The notes under the pieces were generated by a model. It was not told the DNA's origin. It ran no database searches and was given only the letters and a program-made list of their open reading frames with translations. This document shows positions 1 to 11,663 of a DNA stretch of 64,000 nt, one piece after another. Numbering within the stretch: the first letter of the stretch is position 1; each line of letters starts with the position of its first letter. This DNA is from Strigamia acuminata (lineage: Eukaryota): assembly GCA_949358305.1 (NCBI GenBank), contig OX442314.1, positions 29,388,001 to 29,452,000 of the forward strand. The letters are read 5' to 3'. The translations under genes and the position numbers were made by a program.

Positions 1-249
1 GTCTTTTTTCCCCATTCATCCAATTCATTTCGGCTTTAAATCCCTGCAATGGTTTTTCTACTTCTTTCATTCACACCTATAAGAAGCTTATCAACATAAA
101 AATACACGTTCCACTGGGAGAAAAAAATGTGTTTAAGGTTGTTGCACTTAAACAACTCGAAATTGTATTTAGAATTATTAAAAGCCACCTTAGAATTCGG
201 ATGTCGCAGGATTGAAACTGATTTAGATCGACTGCAAATGAAAGCACAC

Positions 250-957
250 GTTGGAACAGTGATTAATTTTATTCAAACAGGGCATATATGCAAATATATT
301 CTTCCCCCCCCCCTTACGGAACTGACATCTGCCGGCAAACAAATTAAGCGTTTACCCGCGCCGGTGTTAAAGGAGTCTTTTTTGTTGGTGTGTTGTAGAC
401 ATGTGAGCGGTCTTGAGTTTATTACGGCTTCCACCTCGATCAACACTGTCAAAAGTCCCTCAAAATTCAATGACGTTTGTCTTATCGTCTTCTTCAGTGC
501 AATCTTTACTGAACGGATCATGCGTTCCCAAAATCTACCCCATTATGGCGCAATTTCAACAATAAATTTCCAAACTATTTTTTCTGAAGTCAAAAAACGT
601 TGGAACTTTCCCTGCAATACTTCATCCAAAAACACTTGGAATTCTTTATCGGCTCTCTTAAAAGTTTTCGCATTGTCTGAATATGTCGTCGTCGGAACTC
701 CTCGTCTCCCAATAAATCTCTTGAGTGTATCTACCAAATGATCGGCAGATACATTTGACAACAGTTCTAGATGTACAGCTCTAGTAACCGCACAGGTAAA
801 TAATGCAATATACAACTTCTAATGATTGGAGTACTGCAGTCTTGCGAAATCTACACCACATGTTTCGAATGGTTCGCTTGGAGTTACGCGGGCGAGTGGC
901 AACAATCCCCATCGCTCCTTGGCCAAACGTCCTTGCACTCTTCGGCAACGCACACAT
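250..957 (-). pseudogene. Degenerate BEL/Pao element, integrase part (target of the nested insertion)
   Basis: Broken ORFs 273..521, 543..815 and 781..972 give integrase motifs FTCAVTRAVHLEL, YSDNAKTF and EAVINSRPL, similar to the intact neighbour, with frameshifts. The left boundary is approximate. Confidence 0.85.
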
Positions 958-1286
958 TTTGAAGATTCGCAAAGTCGATTTGTAACTAATTTTGACTAAA
1001 ACTGTGTAAATTTACTACTTTTCTAACTTTTATGAATTCTCGAAATAAAGCATGTCTTTTTTGGGTTAAGAACAAGTTTATTGTAATTTCTGGGGGTCAC
1101 AAGTACAAATTCAGGGGAACAAAGGGTGAAACAAGATAATTTATGACACTTTTACAGCACTTCCGGTCACGCGTCATCCAATATCACTCAAAAACACCTC
1201 CTGCAGGTTGGCTTCTCTGTGCTGCGCCGTGCTCTTTCCCTCGAACTCGTGCGACCTTGTTACTTCTAACAACGCCAGTTTTCACA
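958..1286 (-). repeat. 3' LTR of BEL/Pao element
   Basis: Near-identical to 6580..6908; on the - strand it starts TGTGAAAA and ends CTTCAAA. Confidence 0.95.
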
Positions 1287-4200
1287 CTGGGGCCGGAGTG
1301 GTATCACCACTCAACTCTTCCATGTCGTGAGTTTCCAGAACGCACAATCGCTGTACTGGTCGACGCAAGTTCTTTCCGACTGGTAACTTTATCTCACATG
1401 CGCGAACACGACCGTCTCGTCCACGGAATATCTCAACGACTCTTCCTATTTTCCAGGTCATCCTGGGCTGGTTTAACTCTTCTACGAGAACTACATCTCC
1501 TTGTTTAACTTCTCGTGAATTCTTATCATTTTTACGGTGAACTCTCAGCTCGGTGAGATATTCCTTTTGCCATCGCGTCCACCAATGTCCTAACTTCAGT
1601 TGACGGAGTTTCCAACGCTTCAAAATCGTGACTGATGTCGATGGCAACTGTTGAATCGTTTTTTGGCTGGGGTCTGGCAAAGTACAGCTTCGTTTTCCGA
1701 CCAGAAAATGAGCTGGAGTGAGTGGGTGACTGTCTTCGTCTTCAGTGTATACGTAGGAGAGTGGTCGCGAATTTATGCACGACTCGACTTCCGAGAGAAT
1801 GGTTGTCAATTCTTCAAAATCTAGGGATGACTTTCCCAAGACTTTTTTCAAGCTGGACTTAGTTGACTTCACCATTCGCTCCCAAAAGCCACCCCACCAC
1901 GGTGCACGTTCGACTATATACTGCCATTTCACGCCTCGTTCGGTCAGAAATCCTTGTATCTGTTCACCTCTCACTGCATTCAACAAAACACAAAGTTCTT
2001 TCTCTGTTCGCTTGAACGTCAGCGCATTGTCGGAGTAGATCGTGCTTGGGACTCCTCTGCGCGCAAAAAATCGTTTCAATGCCTGAATGAATCGCTCCGT
2101 ATTCATGCTTGAAACTAATTCCAAGTGCACGGCTCGAACAACCGCACACGTGAACACGACGATGTAGCATTTTTCTCCACTACGTTGGTACAATGGGCCC
2201 GCGAAGTCGACTCCAACGACTTGAAATGGCTCAGCTTGAGTGACACGATCTGGTGGCAACGATGATTCTGTCTGGCGCACGAAACGTCCTTGCACTCGCT
2301 TGCACACGAAACATTTGTGTAACACGCTTTTTACTGTCCTTCTCAGCTTTGGCATCCAAAACTTTTGACGAATTTCTGCCAAAGTCTCTCCAAGTCCACC
2401 GTGGAAAATTCTTTGATGTGCTTCTGAAACGATAAGAGTGGTTAAAATGTGATTTGAGGGCAAAACATAAGGATTTTTCATGTTGCTGTCGATTTTTGCC
2501 CATCGCAATCTGGTATTCAATCGCATTAAACCATTTTCGTCTATATAACACGAGACTTTGTTCAAAAAAGAGTTATGAGCGAACTCCTGACGATGGCTGA
2601 GTGCTGCGAGTTCTGTTGCAAAGTTCGATTGTTGCATTACACGAAGCCAATAAAGCTCTGCTGCCGATAATTCATCCACCGTCAACGGTGCGCCATTTCT
2701 AACTTTGTCTCTGGTGTTTTTGACGAATCTTTGCACCCATCCGGTCACTCGTACTAATCGTCTCCAGCTGCCGTATTTTGATGGCTCGTCCATCAATGGT
2801 GGCTCTGGAATCACGGCTGCTGCTGCCAAATAGTCCTCTGAATCGATCTCGTCGCTATTCTCGTCTATTTTAATGTCTGGCCATTCGTTCTCGTCCTTCA
2901 CAAGCCACTCGGGGCCATTCCACCACGTATTCGCTTGAATCAACGCCTCTGCATCTATCCCTCGTGTTAGAAGGTCTGCTGGATTCTGGACTCCTGGACA
3001 GTGTCGCCAACTCGAAAAAGGTACGTGTATCTGGATTTCCTCCACTCTCCTGGCTACGAATGGAATGGCTTTCCTTTTCTCGTTCAACCAACACAAAACG
3101 ATTGTCGAATCTGTCCAAGCTGTAACTTTTGCAGTGGTGAATTGTTTCAGTCTGTGCGCAATTCTGGCCAGCAGCAAAGCTCCCATCAACTCGAGTCTGG
3201 GCAACGTAATCGTCTTAATTGGCGCGATCCTGCATTTGGAAAGAATAAAAAATACATTACAACTTCCATTTGGGTGACGCACACGATTGTACGCCACCAC
3301 CCCGTACGCTAAGGGGCTCGCATCACAAAACAGATGGATTTCGTGATTATTCAATTCTGCATCCAATCCAAAATGTCGTGGCACGCAAATATTTTCCAAC
3401 AATGGCAACTGCTTTTTCCATTTCTCCCACTGTTCGAGAAGTTCGAGGGAGAGACGACTGTCCCATCCAATCTGCAATTTCCACAACTGCTGGAAAAACA
3501 GCTTTCCTGAAACTGTAAACGGCGACGCAAATCCTAACGGATCGAAGATCTGTGCAACCAATTGAATAACCTGCCGTTTAGTGTTCGATTCACGTTCCAA
3601 AGTTGCTTTCACATCCTCGAGTTCTAGTGACAAGTCGTCTCTCTCACCATTCCACTTCAGGCCCAACACTTTTTGCTCACTTTCGAACGTTGCAGTTGGA
3701 TGGTCAACAGCAAATTGCTCTCGTAGCACTGGGGAATTGCTGTACCACTTCACTAGTTCCATATTGGCTTCGAGCATGATTGTTGACGTCTTCTTGTAGA
3801 CATCAATGGCTTCTGTTGTTGTCTTTTCACTGTTCAAAAAGTCATCAACATAAAATCTCTTTAACAATTTCATAATTAATTCGGGAAAACGATCTGCATA
3901 TTGTTCGAGATGGTGTTGTATCGTTCCGTTCAAGAGATAGGGACTTGGAGATGCTCCAAATAGGACTCTGGTTTGTCGGAGAATCTCCAACACGATTGGT
4001 CCTTCAACGTCCCATCCATCCGCGATCCACAGAAACCTCACCGCATCTCGGTCAGCTAACGCCAGCAAAATTTGATGAAACGCTTGTTTAATGTCTCCAA
4101 TCAATGCCACAATGAATTGTCTGAAAAATAAAAGGGCATTGATTAATTCTGGAAGGAGATTTGGCCCTGTAAACAGGCAGTCGTTGAGAGAGCGACTCTT

Positions 4201-6480
4201 CTGCGCGTGCGACGAGGCGTCGTAGACTATGCGCAATTTTGTGGTGCTTCTCCGCTCTCGAATTACTGGTCGATGTGGGAGGTAGTAACACCCAGTCTGG
4301 TTGGCTACTTCTGGGGCCGTTTCGATTATTCCAGCGATTTTCTGGTCGTCCAGAACCTTCTTATAGCGGTGGTACAAGTCCGGATTTTGTTTAAACTTGC
4401 GAACAAGATTCCACAGTCTCTTAAGTGCAATTTGATAGTTGCTGTCCAACTCTGATTTGTCCAGCAACCAAGGCAGTCGCACCTCGTACCGCTCACCCGT
4501 CCAGTTGATGGACTCTTTAAATTTTGCTACTGCTTGATCATCTTCGTCCTGGGCGCTGGTGAGAGTTTCGTGGGGAATGCCTACTGCTTCCAACTCCCAA
4601 AAACGTTGAAGAAGGTGGTCGAGTCGGTCTTCATACTGCACAAGATTCACGTGGGTTGCTGACTGTCTAACCGTTTCATCTTGGCTTCTGATCGCGCCGT
4701 GGATTGTCCAACCGAGAGACGTGTGAAGACACATCAATCCCTCATCTAAACGTTTCGATTCGCCTGTTACGATACGCCAAAAGTGGTCCGCTCCAATTAG
4801 AATTGCCACCTCGTCTTGTTGGGTCGACATCTGGTCGATATTTAAGGTGATCTTGTGTTTGCGCAACATCTCGCGCACGTTTGGACCCGACTGCCTCGCG
4901 ACTGAGTGAGTTATTCGTGGCACCTCGATCAATTCTAAATCAACAAACTTATTAGTATCGGTAATATTTCTTAAAGTCACTTTCACGCGACGACGACAAA
5001 CGCTCTCTGTTTTAGAGTCGCCAAAACTGGAAATCTGCATATTTTGCTTTCCCACTACTTGGGCATCGAGTTCATTCACTAGTTTCTGGCTAATAAACGA
5101 TCTGTGGCTTCCGCCATCAAACATGCACTGCACAGCCTTGGTTTTACAATTCGATTCCACATTTGTCATTAATACTTGCAAAAATAAGTCAGTGTTCTCT
5201 GCTGTAATTGCTGCTGCTGTCAACGTTGACACAAGCACGGTCTCTGGCTTGGTATTCGACGCTTCGCACAACAGGATATGGTGAAACCGCTCACAGTTCA
5301 CACACTTCTCTTTCTGGGGACAGCTGCGCGCCATATGTTTGCTGCCCAAACATCTAAAACACGTTCGTTTTGACATGCACCGCTTCAATCGATCTGGAAT
5401 GTTGAGCGGACAATCTTCCTTCTTGTGCGACGCATCGTCGCAGAATACGCAACTGGATGATGAAACGTTGGTAGTCAATGCATTGGCTGAGGCTATTTTG
5501 TCGTTACGCGTCGGCTTCTTGTAGTCGACGAACGTCTTGGCGGCTGGTTTCTCTGTCTGGTCGCTCACGGCTACGTGTTCTTCTCGTAACTCCAGTTCGG
5601 CTCTGAAAAACTCCAAAAACAGTTTCATATCGTGAGTGTTTTCTTTATTTTTGCGTGCAAAATCAAGTGCAATAACGTCAGGCACCGCATTTCGTATCAA
5701 TGGACACAATACAATTCCAAACGTGGCTGTATCGATTTCTTCAGTCTCGAGACTTCGAATATGCAATTCGCACGTGTCGTAGAGTCTACGCAACTCAACG
5801 AGGTCGCTAACTCGTTTTACTGGTTTAAGTTTCATCAAAGTCTGAATGTGAGCGTTCACGATGACTTCTTTTCGCCCAAATCGATTTTGAAGTAAAGTTA
5901 CTGCAGTTTCATAGTTCTCATCGCTGATTTTGAGACCATGAACAACTGTTGCTGCAGTACCTTCGAGAACTGAGTTCAAATATACGAATTTGGCTTTTGC
6001 TGTAAGTGAACCGTTGCCGTGGACACTCAACTCGAAATTGGACCAAAACTTTGACCACTCAACAGGATTCCCGCTGAAATTCCGCATTACTAACTTTGGC
6101 AGCTTTATTGTCCCTTCGCCTGAGTTGCTCGTGGCGCTGCCGCCGATTGGAATCGCTGGGGGTATAACTGGTGCTGGTGGCCGTAAAAGTTCTTCCAATT
6201 TGACTTCAATATCGGTAAGAGAGTCGATTATCAACTCACGGAAATCTTCGTTGTCGCTTTCTTCTTTCTCCAAATCCGCACGCGTAACAATCATCGGCGA
6301 TATCTTATCGTCGAGCGCTGTCAATTGTTCACTCTTTGCTAACAACTGGTTTTTTAATCGTTTCAACGCGAGGATTTCTGGAGCAACGTTGGCTAATTCG
6401 ACGAGTACCGCATTACATAACCGCTTGGCTCCTTCTCTGGACGTGGCTTGTTGAGCGCGCAAACGATCAAGGGCGTCCAT
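1282..6480 (-). CDS. BEL/Pao gag-pol polyprotein (Gag, three Cys/His knuckles, protease, RT, RNase H, integrase)
   Basis: First ATG at 6480 (MDALDRL). Knuckles CVFC..H..C, CFRC..H..C, CVNC..H..C; protease MFDGGS; RT FYVDD; RNase H FCDAS; integrase H..H..CFVC, VDFAGP, SDNA, FWER. PR-RT-RH-IN order. The stop lies just inside the 3' LTR. Confidence 0.96.
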   Translation of the reverse strand: MDALDRLRAQQATSREGAKRLCNAVLVELANVAPEILALKRLKNQLLAKSEQLTALDDKISPMIVTRADLEKEESDNEDFRELIIDSLTDIEVKLEELLRPPAPVIPPAIPIGGSATSNSGEGTIKLPKLVMRNFSGNPVEWSKFWSNFELSVHGNGSLTAKAKFVYLNSVLEGTAATVVHGLKISDENYETAVTLLQNRFGRKEVIVNAHIQTLMKLKPVKRVSDLVELRRLYDTCELHIRSLETEEIDTATFGIVLCPLIRNAVPDVIALDFARKNKENTHDMKLFLEFFRAELELREEHVAVSDQTEKPAAKTFVDYKKPTRNDKIASANALTTNVSSSSCVFCDDASHKKEDCPLNIPDRLKRCMSKRTCFRCLGSKHMARSCPQKEKCVNCERFHHILLCEASNTKPETVLVSTLTAAAITAENTDLFLQVLMTNVESNCKTKAVQCMFDGGSHRSFISQKLVNELDAQVVGKQNMQISSFGDSKTESVCRRRVKVTLRNITDTNKFVDLELIEVPRITHSVARQSGPNVREMLRKHKITLNIDQMSTQQDEVAILIGADHFWRIVTGESKRLDEGLMCLHTSLGWTIHGAIRSQDETVRQSATHVNLVQYEDRLDHLLQRFWELEAVGIPHETLTSAQDEDDQAVAKFKESINWTGERYEVRLPWLLDKSELDSNYQIALKRLWNLVRKFKQNPDLYHRYKKVLDDQKIAGIIETAPEVANQTGCYYLPHRPVIRERRSTTKLRIVYDASSHAQKSRSLNDCLFTGPNLLPELINALLFFRQFIVALIGDIKQAFHQILLALADRDAVRFLWIADGWDVEGPIVLEILRQTRVLFGASPSPYLLNGTIQHHLEQYADRFPELIMKLLKRFYVDDFLNSEKTTTEAIDVYKKTSTIMLEANMELVKWYSNSPVLREQFAVDHPTATFESEQKVLGLKWNGERDDLSLELEDVKATLERESNTKRQVIQLVAQIFDPLGFASPFTVSGKLFFQQLWKLQIGWDSRLSLELLEQWEKWKKQLPLLENICVPRHFGLDAELNNHEIHLFCDASPLAYGVVAYNRVRHPNGSCNVFFILSKCRIAPIKTITLPRLELMGALLLARIAHRLKQFTTAKVTAWTDSTIVLCWLNEKRKAIPFVARRVEEIQIHVPFSSWRHCPGVQNPADLLTRGIDAEALIQANTWWNGPEWLVKDENEWPDIKIDENSDEIDSEDYLAAAAVIPEPPLMDEPSKYGSWRRLVRVTGWVQRFVKNTRDKVRNGAPLTVDELSAAELYWLRVMQQSNFATELAALSHRQEFAHNSFLNKVSCYIDENGLMRLNTRLRWAKIDSNMKNPYVLPSNHILTTLIVSEAHQRIFHGGLGETLAEIRQKFWMPKLRRTVKSVLHKCFVCKRVQGRFVRQTESSLPPDRVTQAEPFQVVGVDFAGPLYQRSGEKCYIVVFTCAVVRAVHLELVSSMNTERFIQALKRFFARRGVPSTIYSDNALTFKRTEKELCVLLNAVRGEQIQGFLTERGVKWQYIVERAPWWGGFWERMVKSTKSSLKKVLGKSSLDFEELTTILSEVESCINSRPLSYVYTEDEDSHPLTPAHFLVGKRSCTLPDPSQKTIQQLPSTSVTILKRWKLRQLKLGHWWTRWQKEYLTELRVHRKNDKNSREVKQGDVVLVEELNQPRMTWKIGRVVEIFRGRDGRVRACEIKLPVGKNLRRPVQRLCVLETHDMEELSGDTTPAPV

Positions 6481-6561
6481 TTTGAAATTTTCGGTCAAAA
6501 TTCGGCGTGGTCGGCTTTACGATGCTGTTTTCTACTTATTTCTGTCCGGATTCACTGATTT

Positions 6562-6579
6562 TCCCGGGTTTCGGCACCA
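6562..6579 (-). promoter_or_regulatory. Primer-binding site complementary to the tRNA-Phe 3' end
   Basis: The - strand reads TGGTGCCGAAACCCGGGA next to the 5' LTR, complementary to the known tRNA-Phe 3' end ...UCCCGGGUUUCGGCACCA. Confidence 0.9.
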
Positions 6580-6908
6580 TTTGAAGATTCGCAAAGTCAA
6601 TTTGTAACTAATTTTGACTAAAACTGTGTAAATTTACTACTTTTCTAACTTTTATGAATTCTCGAAATAAAGCATGTCTTTTTTGGGTTAAGAACAAGTT
6701 TATTGTAATTTCTGGGGGTCACAAGTACAAATTCAGGGGAACAAAGGGTGAAACAAGATAATTTATGACACTTTTACAGCACTTCCGGTCACGCGTCATC
6801 CAATATCACTCAAAAACACCTCCTGCAGGTTGGCTTCTCTGTGCTGCGCCGTGCTCTTTCCCTCGAACTCGTGCGACCTTGTTACTTCTAACAACGCCAG
6901 TTTTCACA
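6580..6908 (-). repeat. 5' LTR of BEL/Pao element
   Basis: Near-identical to 958..1286; followed on the - strand by the PBS. Confidence 0.95.
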
Positions 6909-7790
6909 CACATCGACTCAACACTAGCGCCATCCAAAATTGCTCTCGAAGGTTGCTCAGGGTGTCTGCGAGTCCTCAATGCATCGCTCTCTTGTGTTAA
7001 TTGATGACAATCAATCTCGTGATGTAGTTGTCGCCAGGTAGAATGTAGGGCTCCCGGACGTCGTGCTCCACATCTGCCAACACCCATTTACTCGTAGCTC
7101 TCATCAACCCGTCTTTATCCACGATTGGCGACATCTGGGTGAGTTATTATTAAATTAATTAAACTGACGATTTCTCCACCATTTCTATTGTCGTAGATAT
7201 TTTAGCTCTTGTTCGATGAGGGCACCCATCAACTCCAATTTTGGAAGTGTTTATTCCTTCAATGGGGCCACTCTACATCTGGAAATAATAAATTGCATTT
7301 TAATAGTTTTTGTCTTATACTCTGTCACTCGAGTGTATGCGGCCATGTCATATGCATCTTCGTACTTCTCGACTCTGACATTGAGCAGGAATGGACTCGG
7401 TTTTGCACCAAAAAGTACTCGAGTTTGTTTTAAAAGTACATTAGTTAATTTGGGTAACATATTCGGTCTTTCTGCTAAACAGTCGTTCAGGGGAAAACTC
7501 TCCTTCGCGTCGTAAACAACGCGCAACTTTGTGGTCGCATATGTTTCATCAATTACCGGTCGGTGTATAAATTGTATTCAACGTACTCACGCTCGGGACT
7601 TTCTCGACGATACCGGTCGCAAGCTGTTCGTCGATCACTTTCTTGTATTCGCGATACATCTTCGGATTTTTCCGGAATCGATTCACCGAGCTCCAAAAGG
7701 TGTTTGTTTTTATAAAATGTCTCCTATTTCTTGTGTTTCTCTCTCCAAATGTCAATTTTCTACTGCTGATTAAATTTATTACAAAGTTGG
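6909..7790 (-). pseudogene. Degenerate, internally deleted BEL/Pao element (RT, RNase H and integrase-zinc remnants); continues 250..957
   Basis: Fragments RVVYDA..LNDCL..PNMLP, TRVLFG..PSPFLL, FIISRCRVAPLK and LREQFWM. Removing the young element restores VLSRCVRCRRVQGR. The right boundary is approximate. Confidence 0.85.
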
Positions 7791-9271
7791 ATTGTTGACT
7801 CAACAAGCTGTTGCTGTTTTGCACAATTTAAAAGAATTGTATAATTATCTTTAAAACGTTCTCTTTTCCCGACAGAATTGACAAATGCCATGCGTTGTAA
7901 CATACGTTTATTTTGCTTCTTTTAGGATAACTCGGTGTCTGAAGATCGAGAAAAGATGGAAGAATAGACGAGATCTCGGTGAATAAATGTATGTGCAATC
8001 GAATGGTTCGATTTAGATTTATATAGTTCAGTTGGAAGTTATCAGGCCCACTAATATCGTATTATAAAGGTCGATTTCCTGTTGGAAAATTGGAGCTAAT
8101 TTTATCCGGCAACGTAATCAATCACGATTTTAGGGCGGGTGCGTCAAAGCTTGGTAAATCGGTATCCCGGTGCTGGCATCGGGACTGAGGGCGGAAAAAA
8201 CTGTTTTCTGCTCAAATTTTTGCAATGGTGCCAGATATGCAAATTCCAACCCTAGAAATCGATTTTTTACGCTCATTTTGCATCGATTCAGCATGTTTTT
8301 CTAAAAAAAAAAATTATTTTTAGCGAAATCCGGGTATTCAGATGATCTTGAATTCTTGATCTCTGGATGTCAGTACCAAAAAATATCCAGGGATTGTACG
8401 CACTAAGTCTGATTCACTTGTTTTTCTATTCGTGTTTGACGGCCGATGTTTTATTGCGGGAGAAGCCCGCGGATGGGGACAGGTGGAGAGCAAAGCGGAT
8501 TTTATGCAAATGTGGTTCGACAGCTTCACCTGCCGCTAGAGGCAGCATAGTGAGGTTGAAGGTGACGTCGGAGTGGAAAGGAATAAAAAAAAAATACTTT
8601 ATAGTATTGTATACTGTCATAGTTTTAGCATCATTATTTCTGACAAGCTGAAATTTGTTGAAGAGAAAGACTTGCATTGTGTTTCCAATCCCAAATATAC
8701 TTTTTTTTGTGGTTATACTGTTTATGTTTTTTACATCTTTGGGTATTTTATTTCAATAAATTGTGTCTGGAGTCTTGGAAAAATATGTTTTAACTAAAAT
8801 TATTCATTTGTAATGGCTTGATTTAGTGTTAGTAATTATGATTTGAATTAACGCCACCTGGACAAACATTGTGATTGTGGAGTTTATTTACACTATGGAT
8901 TATTTTATATTTGAAGAATTATTCCAATATTGTGAGCGGCAATTAAATCATTTTGTTTCAAGAACTGCATACAAATTGGGTTCAATTTGCACACTGGAAA
9001 AAAAAGTAAATTTCCAAACATTTCCAAGTTGAAAATTAATATGGAAAATTTTGATGAAACTAGGTACTTTAATTACCTAGCACCTAGTTCCATCAAAATT
9101 TCACCGCAAAAAAATATGATACGGGTCCCTGACAAATTGTGACAAAAAATGCCGGTCCGCTGAACTAAAGCATACGGGAATGTGTTTTAGTTACAGATTT
9201 TCATGAGAAACGCTGGATTAGATACCGGTAAGTTAGATGGTAATTGATATTTACCATAAAGCCGAGAATAA

Positions 9272-9670
9272 AGGTGGAAACACAAGGGAGCGGGTAAAAT
9301 TTAAAAGCTTGCTTTTACTTGAAAAAGCGGCTAAAAACTCGCCCGCTTGAGCAAACACAAGTTTGCGTTTTTACTCAAAGCTTTTTTTTGAAGCGAGCTT
9401 GTACCCACCTGCTCCGATCAAACTGAGTTTGATTTACCAGCTTCAAACTTGCTGGTATTTTGGTCATGTGACTTTGACAGCCAATCAGAATTGTCAGGAA
9501 ATTCTTGGAGGAGATTTTGGCGAGAATTTCTGACTAGCTACCTAGCTAGCTTGAGTTTGCCAGTTAACCTGGTAAGCCAAAGGTGGTTCAAGTAAGCTTA
9601 TAAAGGACTCCCTCTTTAAATTTGTACTAGCAAGCTTTGGAATTTTACCCACTCCCTTGTGTTTCCACCT
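9272..9670. mobile_element. MITE, PIF/Harbinger-like
   Basis: ~42-bp terminal inverted repeats (AGGTGGAAACACAAGGGAG...) with TAA on both sides (9269..9271, 9671..9673); no ORF. Confidence 0.85.
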
Positions 9671-11111
9671 TAAGGAGGTCAATTAGCGTTTGATGAAGAA
9701 GTAACTTCTGAAGAATGACTTTTTTAAAGTAATTTCCATTTTATCCTCCCTGAATTAAACGCACTTTATTATTTCTCATCGACTTGAGAACAAAATTTCC
9801 AATTCAACATTTGACTTGAAAGAGAAAACGACGTGCCCATTTTGCTTTTTTCCATTACAGTATCACTGAACACTGCCAAATTAACATTGAATAGGTACAG
9901 CCGTTTGGTAACGCGGTTTACACATCTTATATCCATTTTCCAGTTTATTTTTATTCTCCGCGTAACGATCCGAATTGTATACTGATGCGATCCTTGGGAT
10001 TTTTACGCTTCAATGTAATGACAAACAGGAATTCGCTCTTAGGACACACCAGACAATGCAAAAGAATCTCTTTTCTGCAATCCAATTTCTGCTCTTTTCA
10101 GCATCCAAAGGTGCCTTAATATTTGTTTGCCCCCTCGAGTGAAGCCCCCCATAAAATACTTTGAGTGTGTAGTAACAACACAAGAAAAATATAAAGATTG
10201 ATCACCTGAGTTGGACATGTTTTCACCATAAATTGTCGTGTTAAGTACAAATTCTCTTCTATTTTTATTTATTTTATATTTTTTTATCATCATCAGAAAA
10301 AGAAAAAAAAAAAAAATCAGAACCCGCACAGTTGTTTAAGCCATTTAGTCCTCTGTTCCGATTCGTGTAAAAATGAACATTTGATGGATCCTCTTCCTCA
10401 TAAAACCCGCTATTTACCACCGTAACGACTCGACGCCCAAACTTCGTCTCTTTATGCCTTTTTCTTTAAGCTTTTGATTTTTGCCAAAATCAATAAGAAA
10501 GTAAATAAAAAACAGATGGAAGCGATGTTTGTCTTACTTAAAAATGTCTCTTTCCCCAAAGTGATTCAAGTGGAACCAAACAAGCAAGTGGAACACGCGA
10601 ACTTCATTTGCAAAAACTTTAGGATTTAATAGAAAGGAGTATTGATTGCGACCGGTTTCATTTCTTGTTCCCCTTGGTATGGTAATGAAGGAGGGGCTTT
10701 CCTCGAGCACTTTGAGCTTTCGCAACACAAAACTCATTTATTTTTCGTGCCATCCGAAACGTCTTATCTCAAACTACCTGCCACGGTAGCGCGGGAGAGC
10801 GGATATCCGGTCAATAAAGATACATCAGCGGAAATTTGGTTTGATCACTAAATGTTAGATTTTTGGGTTCTTATCTAATGATTGGACTTTCAAACGAATG
10901 AATAATAAGTAAATAAGTTTGAAGTTTGAGTTAAGAAACAACAATTATCAGGATGGTTTCTCTACCTAGGCGCGGGGGTTCCGATTAGACTGATGGTTTC
11001 TGTTTAAGCGCGTGGGAATGTGAAATGATTGAGTTGTACGCGGGTGTCTATAGTAATTGTAATAGTGACTCTAAGAAAAATGACTACTGAATTTTTGGTC
11101 GAAAAAAGTAA

Positions 11112-11663
11112 TTTTTTGCTGATGAAAAATGTCTTTTTGCGTACAAAAGTGTAGTTTTTGCCTACGAAAATGTTTTTGCCTACGAAAATGTTGTTTTTGC
11201 TTACGAAAATGAAGTTTTAGCGTACAAAATGTATTTTTTGCGTACAAAAATGTAGTTTTTGCGTACAAAAATGTAGTTTTTGCGTACAAAAATGTAGTAT
11301 TTGCATACAAAAAATGTAGTTTTTGCGTATAAAAATGTAGTTTTTGCGTAGACAAATGTAGTTTTTTCATACAAAAATGTAGTTTTTGCGTACAAAAATG
11401 TAGTTTTTGCGTACAAAAATGTAGTTTTTGCGTACAAAAATGTAGTTTTTGCGTACAAAAATGTAGTTTTTGCGTACAAAAATGTAGTTTTTGCGTACAA
11501 AAATGTAGTTTTTGCGTACAAAAATGTAGTTTTTGCGTACAAAAATGTAGTTTTTGCGTACAAAAATGTAGTATTTGCATACAAAAAATGTAGTTTTTGC
11601 GTATAAAAATGTAGTTTTTGCGTAGACAAATGTAGTTTTTTCATACAAAAATGTAGTTTTTGC
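11112..11663. repeat. 21-bp minisatellite (TTTTTGCGTACAAAAATGTAG)n, about 26 units
   Basis: Directly visible tandem array, degenerate at the left end. Confidence 0.97.

Larger units (their letters stand above)
958..6908 (-). mobile_element. Intact BEL/Pao LTR retrotransposon (5951 bp)
   Basis: 329-bp direct LTRs at 958..1286 and 6580..6908 with one mismatch seen (g977/a6599); 5-bp TSD CACAT at 953..957 and 6909..6913; PBS; single gag-pol ORF. Confidence 0.97.

Noticed and set aside
127..741. 204-aa + strand ORF, and many short ORFs opposite the BEL, kinase and gypsy genes
   Set aside because: Antisense or alternate-frame shadows of recognisable coding sequence.
6562..6579. tRNA-like sequence ending in CCA
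   Set aside because: Only 18 nt and adjacent to an LTR: a primer-binding site, not a tRNA gene.
8338..8677. Short ORFs on both strands, considered as GPCR exon 2
   Set aside because: No TM5-7 or other recognisable motif, and no convincing splice-phase support.
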